Assembly: GCA_051362555.1 (NCBI GenBank)
Contig: CM120646.1
Coordinates: 15,314,001 to 15,378,000 of the forward strand
Origin: Lingula anatina
Taxonomy: Eukaryota; Animalia; Brachiopoda
Direction: 5' to 3'
Length of the DNA stretch: 64,000 nt
The position numbers were made by a program, and so were the translations under genes. The stretch's first letter is position 1. The number at the start of each line of letters is the position of its first letter. Shown piece by piece: positions 12,701 through 23,000 of this stretch. The notes beneath the pieces were generated by a model. It was not told where the DNA came from. It made no database searches and saw nothing but the letters and a program-made list of their open reading frames with translations.

Positions 12701-14508
12701 CTTTGATAATAATCTTTTCTGTCAGTGACTATAGTGGAAAATATAGTGCCATTGCAAAAATACTTTCCTGATTGAAAACAAGAATCAATGTAATGAATGA
12801 AATTGCATCATTATACATTTTCATGCCAGTTATTTACAAGACACCCCATTATCTGTGTACTGAAGATAAAGGGAAATTTCAAATATACAACAATCAATCA
12901 AAGATATTGACTCGTTACAGGTGCAAATACCAAGGCGTTTCTCCCCCAATACACAGGAAGGATGATGATTTTGATCCTGGTGCCAAGTATCACGTACCAG
13001 CTAATTTCCCATATATAAGGTTAGTTTTCAGTGTATATTGAAATTGTATGTTAACCATTGCTAGGTACTTGGTATAAAATGAACTTCCAGATCCTGACTA
13101 AGTTACATGAAAGGCATTTAGTAATATAATGGTGTATATTAAAATGCAGTTTATTCTAGGTACCTTTCTATCCAAGTTTCTAAATTTTGATGAATCATCA
13201 ATCAGTTCATTTGATTTGTTTACACATAGAGTCCAATATTGAACATTTACATTTCTGTGTGGAAAAGAACTTATTAATTAAAATGAAGCACCTTTGAAAG
13301 AAAAGTGACAATGGCATTCTCATATTAAGGGGAGGCCCGGGATATTTCTCTTCTTTTAATTTTTTATTAAGTCAGTGGTAATTCAAATAATAAAACTATT
13401 TGTTCACACCAAACTGGCTAAAGCATGAGTCTTTAGAGTATTTTCAAAGAAAGTTAACAATAGAGCTGCATAAGCTTTAGAAATCTCAGTTTGGTTTCTC
13501 TCTCCAGTATAAGCCTATATATATATAATACAAACAAGATAATCTAATTCATTTTTAAACCTTTATGTCTTCAGATATTTTGTGAGTAATGTCCTACAGT
13601 TCCAGTTCCACGAGGCCCTGTGTAGCACAGCCAATCAGACGGGTCCCTTGCACATGTGCGACATCTATCGATCTTTAGAAGCAGGAACAAAACTTGGGTA
13701 ATGAGACTGTAAAAAAATTCACTCAAAATAGAATACAATGAAATATCATTAGTTCATTGCATATTAGATCATTAGTCTGATACACATTACTTAAATTATT
13801 ACTAATTATATTCCTATTTATTAGTATACAAACCCTCATCAGAAAGTTGTTGGAAGAGAACCAAGGCATAGTTCATTATTACAACACAAGGTGGCAATAC
13901 TATCTGTGTATTCTAGCTTTATATGCAAATTCAGCATCTCCATGCAGGTATATAACTGTAGAGAAATAGCATTTCTGCATTTACACATTTCCTCAGTGAA
14001 AATTCAAAACACTTTTACCGTATAACTGTTGCATAATTTCATAACTGACATAGGCCTTGTAAAACGCAACTTCATATGACTGGCTATATTTGCCAAAAAC
14101 AATTCAGTATTACTATCATATCTACAGCAATTACACCCAAACATCATCACAACTAACACAATCCCTTCAAACTGTGAAATCTTTAATATTATCTATTTTT
14201 CTTTATATTTTAGTAACATGTTAAAACTTGGATCTAGTAAACCATGGCCAGAGGCACTGGAGCAAGTTACAGGGACCCGTAACATGTCCGCTAACGCCAT
14301 CTTGCTCTACTTCAAGCCTCTAATTGATTGGCTAAAGATCCAGAATGCAGGTCAGACCATAACATGGTCTGAAGAATGTCCAACTGAGTTTTACACGACT
14401 ACTTCTGGTCCTTCAACCGCCAAACCAGCAAATTCAGCTGGAAGGTTGCACAATGGTTTCTTTATAGTAGCCTTTATATCTGTATTGGCGCTTTACATTT
14501 TAAGGTGA
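5564..14508 (+). CDS. ACE: Complete single-domain ACE-like peptidyl-dipeptidase (M2 family), copy 2; 13 exons, 652 aa
   Basis: Exons 5564-5773, 6242-6409, 7185-7272, 7422-7565, 9069-9260, 9580-9677, 9973-10145, 10863-10987, 11393-11491, 11691-11835, 12921-13019, 13575-13697, 14214-14508. Total 1959 nt, all GT-AG, open frame. Signal peptide [35 protein letters not shown], zinc motif HHEMGH, downstream ligand motif EAVGE, hydrophobic C-terminus. Confidence 0.96.
6461..6626. mobile_element. MITE with CAGGGG(C/A)GGAT-type terminal inverted repeats, in ACE intron 2
   Basis: Starts caggggaggatttagg and ends ctggatccgcccctg, flanked by the direct repeat agatg (6456-6460, 6627-6631). A diverged inverted copy lies at 16483-16650. 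Confidence 0.8.
7346..7377. repeat. (CT)n microsatellite
   Basis: Run of CT dinucleotides in ACE intron 3. Confidence 0.9.
8023..8169. mobile_element. Palindromic (foldback) MITE with 8-bp TSD, hAT/P-like
   Basis: Nearly perfect ~60-bp inverted arms CACCCTGAGCTTCAGAGCTAACTTGACACTAACC.../...GGTTAGTGTCAAGTTAGCTCTGAAGCTCAGGGTG. TSD ccctcttg at 8015-8022 and 8170-8177. Confidence 0.88.
8357..8633. mobile_element. GC-rich MITE of the AGGGGCGGATCCAG...CCGCCAGTG type
   Basis: Begins aggggcggatccagg, ends cccctaaacccgccagtg, with internal poly-G/poly-C inverted tracts. Termini resemble those of the 6461 element. Confidence 0.65.
8718..8887. mobile_element. MITE with inverted arrays of a 16-bp repeat and a 9-bp flanking direct repeat
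   Basis: Left arm has tagtccgaaggttca repeats; right arm has ttcggaccaatgaacc repeats. gagttttat is duplicated at 8709-8717 and 8888-8896. A partial second copy is at ~12478-12580. Confidence 0.75.
11908..12433 (+). mobile_element. Non-autonomous Helentron-associated element (HINE/DINE-1/pearl-like) in ACE intron 10
   Basis: 5' ttatctctgccaaggagtttatgttttt, then a (GTCT)n microsatellite, three ~122-bp tandem units (tggacc at 12011, 12133, 12255), and the 3' end ...gagtgcttttCTAGT. Confidence 0.8.
12478..12580. mobile_element. Partial copy of the 8718-8887 MITE
   Basis: actatagaa...tggaccagtgaacccttgat...ccttcggactatcgagacacccc matches 8770-8887. Confidence 0.7.
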
Positions 14509-15342
14509 ACACTCAAGCAAAGTACTAATTGGAGTCGATTAAGACAGTAGAACAACTGACAGGCCAATTTACAGTTAAAATCACTGTACTATATTTTAAG
14601 ACAGTAACTGAAATGAACTGAAAATCAGACTACAATTTATCTTTCCAATTCTTTGTTCTTAGCATATTTAGTCAGGAGCCCCAACTTGTGCTTACATATT
14701 AGACTTATACTGAATATATCTGAAAAAAAACTTAATTAAAAAGGCTTTAGAGACATTATAGATACAATATCACCATTTTATATTTCTTTTTCTTTTTTTT
14801 TTCCAAAATTGACGATTAAGTGCATATCTATATTTTGGTTTCTTGTGAACTAACATTTGAAGAAAAATCATCGATTGAGAAAAATCTTCAGTTTTGATCA
14901 ATCATTTAAAATTAAAATTAAAAAACAATAATTTGAAGGAACTGGCTACCATGGAAATAATCCACAGTAGAGAGATTTGAATTTTGCGTCATTTGCAGGG
15001 GCATTTTGGTGGTCTAATCAAAAGATTTTAACTGTCCACATGGCTTTCTGCTTTGTTTTGAGGTGTATATTCAGCACAGTTATAGCAGTTTTTTTTTAAT
15101 TCCCTATAGCTATGGATAAGGTCAAACAGCTGGCAGGCAGAGCAAGATAAAAATATCCTATATTTTACTGTACAGTAAGCAGAAAGTAAGCAAATCTGTT
15201 TCCAGAAGTTGGTATATCATCTCGTATGCAAACGAAACTTATGTGCCCTCTTTGTAAAAGGGCAAAATGGCTAAATAAGTGCACCATTCAATAAGATTGA
15301 CAATTAACGTTTTTATACCTCTGGGATCTGAGATGGCTTTAA

Positions 15343-15719
15343 AGGTACATACGAACCGAGCATCGGTGGAGCGTGGATTCCCAATAACACATGTAAACCA
15401 CTTCTACTAGTTTCTTATACGACTCAAATAAGTTCGACATGTCAAGGGATAAACTGAATAGATCACTCGATCAGTCATAAAAGAGCTTTAGACTGCTCCT
15501 TTCTTTAAATTTTTGGTTGGAAATTTAACCTACTTTCGTGACCTACTTTTCTGCCCCATTGACATACAGCATGGAATGCTAGCAGAAAAATCCGTTCAAA
15601 CATCATTTTCAGGTAAAATTAAACAATGCCTTTTGGTAATTCTCTTAGTTATACCATTTGAAACTATATGCTGGCATTTGGTTGGTTTTTGTGACAAAAA
15701 ATTAACTTTGTATGCATCT
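15343..15719. mobile_element. TTAA-flanked MITE (Kolobok-like), present only in duplication copy 2
   Basis: ttaa|aggtacatacgaa ... tttgtatgcatct|ttaa, an imperfect 13-bp TIR with TTAA on both sides. Absent at the homologous site ~2550 in copy 1. Confidence 0.7.
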
Positions 15720-15809
15720 TTAAATATTTGTCACCATATCCAGTATGTTTTAGATTAAACGGCACAAAAAAAAAAAAAAAAAAAACAGTTGGTTAGACAT
15801 ATTACTGAA

Positions 15810-16320
15810 TAAGTTTCTATTTCATTTTTCTGTTCTTTACTGGATCACACATTAGATAAACATAAATTAAACAAAATAATTCAAGGCATAACACACAGTA
15901 TAAGCTTTTATTCTGCCTAAAATCACATACTTGATTTATATGTATAATTTTTTCAAAACTGTTTTGTAGTAATAAATGTAACTGAAGTTTCTATTTCATT
16001 TTTCTGTACTTAACTGGATCACACATCAAATAAACATTATTAAAACAAAATAATTCCAGGCATAACACACAGAATAAGCACGCTTAATTTATATGTATAA
16101 TTTTTCCTAAACTATTTTGTAGTAATAAATGTAACTGAAGTTTCTATTTCATTTTTCTGTACTTTACAGGATCACATATCAAATAAACAATTATTAAACA
16201 AAATAATTCCAGGCATAACACACAGAATAAGCTTTTATTCTGCCTAAAATCACACACTTGATTTATATTTGGCCAAGTCTTAAAAGTGAATTTTGCAGAT
16301 TTAACAAGCTGAATATAAAT
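15810..16320. repeat. ~153-bp satellite, left part of the array split by the HINE insertion
   Basis: Same unit as 3190-4140. Confidence 0.88.
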
Positions 16321-19282
16321 AACAAGGCAGCAAAGCTGTCAAATGTACAGACAAAAAACAGAAAATAAAGATGCAAAATAGGTCATTTTGTCAATTTTGA
16401 TGCAATAATAAATAATGCTTATAATAGCACTGTCAGTCAACACTGAATTCTAATCATGCACAACAGGTACCATGGTCAATAACAGGAGCGAACCCAGAGA
16501 TATTTTCTGATAGTATTCCAAAGTATCTATGTTGATCCATCCCCCATTTTTATGGTCTTCCAACAGAAAAAAAATAGATACCAGTCAATATAAACTTAAT
16601 AACCTGACCGTCTTCCGGAAGACCCAGAAGATGGTCTCAATCCACCCCTTCAATAAGATTACAGTTTCAGGATCATGAGAGTTCAAATTCACATGATGAA
16701 AGTCTCAATTTTTGAAAAATGATGACAGTGCATAAAATAATATTACATAATGTTTAAAGACATAAAAAAACAATACAACTGCTTACCTGGAAATAAAGAC
16801 AAGACAGCACGGTTCTGAAATGTTTTTTTCCCCATTTTTAACAATTTTTTAACATAAAACAAAATTAACAGTTTACTGCCATTTTTATATGATCAACTAA
16901 GAAAATTGATGAGATGGGAAAAATATCAATAGAACAGTGTTAAATGTCCAATTTCCTCCATTCTGAGATTCTGAACATAGTGAATGATTAAATCTGACAA
17001 ACTGCAATGATATGAGTTTATTTCCATTTTTGACACTTTTTTACACAATACATGATAACAAGTTTACCATCATTTTTACTAAATCAACTAACAATGTTGT
17101 AAAGATGCAGGAAATGTCAAACAAACGCTTTTACGTATCTTATTAGTTTAATAATGAGACTGTTAACATGCCTAAGAAATGAATCTGAGGAAATGTGAAA
17201 AAACCTTCAAAAATATTGGCACGATTATGCTGGTTTACGAACTCAACATGCATTTTAGCAAAACTGACCACTCCTATGACTTTCATGACAATTGGCCCAT
17301 CTGTTTTTCTTATATTGTGTTTACAGTGTTGCATATATGCTGAAAAGTGTAAAAAACAGCATAACTACTAAAATAAGAAGTTTACCATCATTTTTACATA
17401 ATCAACTAACAATGTTGTAAAGATGCAGGAAATGTCAAACAAACACTTTTACGAATCTTATTAGTTAAATAATGAGACTGTTAACATGCCTAAGAATTGA
17501 ATCTGAGGAAACGTGAAAAAACAGCACAACTTATAAAATAATGGCCCGATTATGCTGATTTTCAAACTTGACCTGCGTTTTAGTAAGATTAATTACTCCT
17601 GTGAGTTTCATGACAACAGGTCTATCGGTTTTCCTTGAAATGTGTTAACGATGTTGCATATATGCTGAAAAGTGAAAAAATAGCATAATACTAAAATAGT
17701 GGCCTGATCATGCCGATTTTCGAACTTGACCTGCGTTTTATGAATACTCATCAGCTCTGTAAATATAAAGCCAAAAAGTAAAACTGTCTTCCACTTACGG
17801 TGTTAACGCTGAAAGTGCACAGCGACGGTGACGGCAACATGATTGGCGACGGCGACGACAGACGCAGGTGGCCTCATAATAAAATATACGTATCGTGGAT
17901 TTTCAGAAAATGTGACTAGCATGGGTCTTCAAGCCCGTGGAGGTTCTAAGTCACACCTTGAAAATGCCAATATGTGAAAAATTAAATTTTCACAAAAAAC
18001 TGATTAACTGCCAAAAAAATTTACCAAATAGACTGCATTGCCCACTGAAGCTTTATTTAAGTCCCATGTTTCTTCCTGTAAGTTTGAGAACAGTAAGTGA
18101 CATGGTTTTCCTTAAATGGTCATCATGGGAGCAGTGTCCAAAATAGGGGTGTCTTCAAATTTTGATGCAATATTACATAATGTTTAACAGGATAATTACC
18201 ATCAATTTTTAATAATAAAATATTAGTATCATGGATATTCAGAAAATGTTCCTAGCAAAGGTCTTCAGGCCCAAGGAACTTCAAAGTCACACCTTGAATA
18301 TGCCAAAATGTAGACAAGACAGCACTGTCCTGAAATGTTTTTTTTTCCATTTTTAACAATTTTTTAACATATAACAAAATTAACAATTTACTGCCATTTA
18401 TATATGATCAACTAAGAAAATTGATGAGATGGGAAAAATATTAATAGAATAGTGTTAAATGTCCAATTTCTTCCATTCTGAGTTTCTAAACATACTGAAT
18501 AATTGAATCTGACAAACTGCAATGATATGAGTTTAATTCCATTTTTGACACTTTATTACACAATACACCATAACAAGTTTACCATCATTTTTACGAAATC
18601 AACTAACAATGTTGTAAAGATGCAGAAAATGTCAAACAAACACTTTTACATTTCTTATTAATTAAATAATGAAACTGTTAACATGCCTAAGAACTGAATC
18701 TAAGGAAATGTGAAAAAACAGCATAACTTCTAAAATAATGGCCCAATTATGCTAATTTTTCAAACTCAACCTGCATTTTAGTAAGATTGACCACTCCTGT
18801 GAGTTTAAATGACAATTGGCCTATCTGTTTTTCTTATATTGTGTTTACAGTGTTGCATATATGCTAAAAAGTGAAAAAACAGCATAACTACTAAAATAGT
18901 GGCCCGATCGTGCCGATTTTCGAACTTGGCCTGCGTTTTAGTAAGATTGATTGCTCCTGTGAGTTTCATGACAACAGGCCTATCGGTTTTCCTTGAAATG
19001 TGTTAACAGTGTTGTATATATGCTGAAAAGTGAAAAAACAGCATAACTTCTACAATAATGGCTCGATCATGCTGATTTTCGAACTTGACCTGGGTTTTAT
19101 GAATATTCATCAGCTCTGTAAATATAAAGCCAAAAAGTAAAACTTTCTTCCACTTATCGTGTTAACGCTGAAAGTGCACGGCGCCGGCATCGGCGACGGC
19201 ATCGGCATCGGCGACGGCGACGACGGCGACGACAGATGCAGGTGATGGCAATATGTACAGACACATCTGTGTCTGTACATAA
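16321..19282 (-). mobile_element. ~3-kb compound (dimeric) Helentron-associated non-autonomous element
   Basis: Absent from the homologous site ~3730 in copy 1. The right end has the palindrome gtacagacacatctgtgtctgtac next to a (GACGGC)n-like microsatellite. The left end has a matching subterminal atgtacagaca and the short hairpin ggcagcaaagctgtc after AACAAG. Internal long direct repeat: 16795-17870 vs 18310-19245. Confidence 0.8.
16483..16650. mobile_element. Nested MITE, inverted copy of the 6461-6626 family
   Basis: ctgaccgtcttccggaagacccagaaga is the reverse complement of 6480-6507. Flanked by the direct repeat caataa. Confidence 0.75.
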
Positions 19283-19870
19283 AAACAAAATAAATTTATT
19301 AATAAATCAATGAATAAACAGCCATTTCTGTTCACCCTTTCTTGCAATTATAACAGTATAAAATTCATAGTCAGAGATGGTTTTCTAAGCTATACATATA
19401 ATATTTTCCTAAACTGTTTTGTAGTAATAAAAGTAACTTAAGCTTCTATTTCATTTTTCTGTACTTTATTGGATCACACATCAAATAAACATTTAATTTA
19501 ATAAAACAAAATAATTTCAGGCATTACACACAGAATAAGCTTTTATTCTGCCTAAAATCACACAATTGATTTTCATGTATAATCTTTTCTAAATTGTTCT
19601 GTAGTAAAAAATGTAACTTAAGTTTATATTTCATTTTTCTGTATTTTACTGGATCACACATCAAATAAACATTAATAAAATGAAATAATTCCAGGCATAA
19701 CACACAATAAGCTTTTATTCTGCCTAAAATTGCACACCTGACTGATACTTGGAAAGTCATAAAAGTGAACTTCGCAGATTTAACAAGTTGAACATAAATA
19801 AAAACAAAATAAAGTAATAATAAATCAATGAATAAACAGTCATTTTTGTGCACCATTATAACAGTAATAA
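19280..19870. repeat. ~153-bp-family satellite, right part, in the AARSD1 3' flank
   Basis: Same units as 3730-4140. Confidence 0.88.
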
Positions 19871-20025
19871 AATTTTAACGCATTTATACTCAACATTCCA
19901 TCACATGCTTTTACTTGTTTTTCTGTCTTCTCAGGAATGAATTAGAAGACATCAATTTCAGCATTCCTTTTTAAGGTATTAACACTTTCAATGAGCTGGA
20001 TAACAATTATGATAACCTTAAAGGT

Positions 20026-23000
20026 TTATTTTTCAGCCCCACTTGATCTGAAATATTCTTGTAAAAGTTCTTCAACTTTTGGTCTGTTTATGAGCTTATT
20101 GGCTTTTCCTTGAAACCGCCCTTTTTTGCCGAAGCCTTTGCCCTCTAGCAGATCAGAAACCCTGAATAATAACAGACACAACAACTTGTGAATAATAACT
20201 CATCATTTTGCAATTCTTGTGACAGTAAGTTATATTTTCTAAAATGAGAACAAGGGGAACCCGAAATGACCATCACCAAAATTGGAAATATGTAATATAG
20301 GTCATCGATGAAACACTGTAACAAATGTACGACTACGAGTCACTGTAAAAGAAATAAATAAATAATTAATGTCCACATCTTTTAGAATCATGTGTAGTAA
20401 TAAAATCATCTTTAAAAAATTATGAACTAATAATAGTTATTTCACTTAGTTTGAATTTGCCCCAGGGCTGCGACTTACTTTGGTCCAAGAGTTACAACAG
20501 TATCTTCTGGCCCAGCCAGCAAGAACATTCCAGAACCCTGCTCATCTCCTACAGTGAGGAATAGTACCACATTCTGCAATATTCAAGAATCACAAAGTCT
20601 TTTACATTTATGAAATGACTATTTTATTAAAAATGTTATTTTTATTGAAAATAAATAAATAAATAAATAAACTTGGTGGACAGTCACTGAAACATTGGAA
20701 TTCAAACAAGAATTCCTAATCACATTTCACAATTTTTAGCTTCCTTGATTTTCTGTTTACTTTGTATTGTATCTGTAAAGAGATGATATTAATCTGTAAT
20801 TTAATTTTTTATATCTTACCTCATCATTTATTTCATTGACAATTATGTTCATGAATTCATTGTCTCCTTCTTTCCTGTAAAGACAAAACATTTTAACTAA
20901 TAAAATATGGTTTGCATTTTGGCATTTAAATAAAGCACATAAATACAGGGCAAATCTGCAAGCTCATATATGAATAATTTAACATTGCAGAGTCTAATCT
21001 CTTCGAAGATAATCCCTCACCTGTGTAGTGAAAAGAAGTTATCTCTTTCAGGATTGGTCTTAAACTTCTGTGCCTCCAATACTGCCAGGTCTCTTAACAA
21101 TGTTAAGGCATTCTGTAATAAAATGAGGACTCACCTATACACATTATGGAGTAGACCTTACAGTGAAGGCAGCACTCAAACAATTTTCACTGTGTTCATT
21201 GTTTGTAGGAAAAAATCTTGTGTAAAGTCAAAATATTCAACATAAAAAATTTTCATAAATTAATTTTATCAATTACTTAATAATATTTAGAAATTTATTC
21301 ATTCTTCTTTATATATCAATCAATTCAAAATATCTACACTTATCTACTTGTTTATAATGTTTAATTTAAACCTATTTTTCAGCATTATTTGTATTTAATT
21401 CACTGTATGCGACAATTCTTTTCAACAGAAATTTATACCAAAATCTGAAAAACCTATAATATGTGGCAGAGAATCTATTAAAACTCAATAATAATGTAGC
21501 CAAATTACCTTCTGTGCAGCTTTCAAATTTTTCTGCATCTTGTCAGCAAGCTCTGCATATTCTTCTGGTGGTCCCCTAAGAATAAGACACACTTTATAAT
21601 ATTGACACATGCATTATCTTTATATAGTATTACACATTAACTTTGAACTAGCATGCCTCCGTAGTAATACCCCCTACATTGTATAATATTGTATATGCCC
21701 CCTTATTTTATATGAACAGACAAACAATTTTAAAAAATATTATATAGTACAAAAATATAATCAAATAAAATTATAATCATCTTCAATTCACATGCATATG
21801 AATCAAACTAAAAACTATAATATTTTTCAGTGACTAAGGAACCTGTAATGACCTTGGCAGTTACGAAAGTGCAATTTTTGATTTAACAATGATTTAGTAA
21901 AATACATCCTGGACCAACTAGAATGTTTTTCTTCCTTCCATTTCATGAAATAACTTTCTGTTTCAGTTATTTATGGATTTCAAGAACTTACTTAAACACA
22001 CTATTCAAAGCCTTTTCTGTCTGATAGCATCTTCCCAAGTACTGCAACACCCTGCTTCCAGCCACAAAAACCAGGTTACACTTGCCTTTCTTGCCCTTCT
22101 CTACACTCAAAAGCTTGACTGCCTGTCCAAAAAACAACATTGCAGAATAAGTAACTATGTTAGTCTCATGTTTAAATTGACATAATTTGATAATAAGCTC
22201 TTATCTTGCCCTCACCCCCAAGGGTGGGTTTGAGAATATGTGGACCTGTCATATATGAAAAGTTTTTAACTATCAAAAACTAAGAGCCAATGATAAGAAA
22301 CACTTTTCACATTTAGTCCACCAACAGATACCTTCCAAACCTTATCATTCCCACCTGGTTGCCCACCTGACTGTGATAAGAATGGTACCAAGTGTAAGCC
22401 AGTTCACCTGAAGATTTCTGCATGTCTCTTACCTGTAAATGACTCAGGTTAGCTACATGTGTACCACAACACATATTTGCCTCAATCCCTTCAATGATAA
22501 CTACTCTCACAGGGCCCACATGATCATCCGGGAGACCACGAGTACGAACCTGAAATTTTATTTTCAATAAAACTCACATATCAGCTCTTTCAAATAACCA
22601 CCAAGTTATACAACTATGGTCACCGTGAGAAATTGTTCAATTTAAGATTTCATGAGTGTGTGACTTCATTGGAAATGAGGACATGTTTTTTTTAACTTAA
22701 AAAGAGTATGATGAAAAAAACTTTTGAAACATGTTAACAATCTTTAAGATTCAATCTTATCATGGAATAAAAAGAAAATTTTATGTTTGGAAACTGGCTA
22801 ATAAAGTTTCTAGACTACAGAAACAATAAGGATGTCCCACACAAACACACACACATGCATAAACGCATGCACACACACACACACTGTACCTCAGCTATTT
22901 TAGGATCATCCACACTTTCAAACAGCCTTGGATACATTGGAAGAGAGGCTCTGATCTTGGCATTAACTTCATCTTCTAACTCTTTTAGCTGTTCCTCTGT

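Larger units (their letters stand above)
12920..20050 (+). repeat. Second copy of the tandem segmental duplication (homologous to 1-~4320), interrupted by insertions
   Basis: Exons, introns and 3' flank align collinearly: 1-2600 with 12920-15810; the satellite at 3240-3730 with 15810-16320; and 3730-4320 with 19280-20050. Confidence 0.92.

Noticed and set aside
2-14508. One two-domain (somatic-type) ACE gene spanning both copies
   Set aside because: Copy 1 ends in a hydrophobic tail and stop at 1572, and copy 2 begins with its own signal peptide at 5564.
2-20050. Duplication as an uncollapsed-haplotype assembly artefact
   Set aside because: The copies differ by many indels, copy-specific transposons and multi-base codon changes, which favours true paralogs. 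Read depth or long reads would be needed to exclude an artefact fully.
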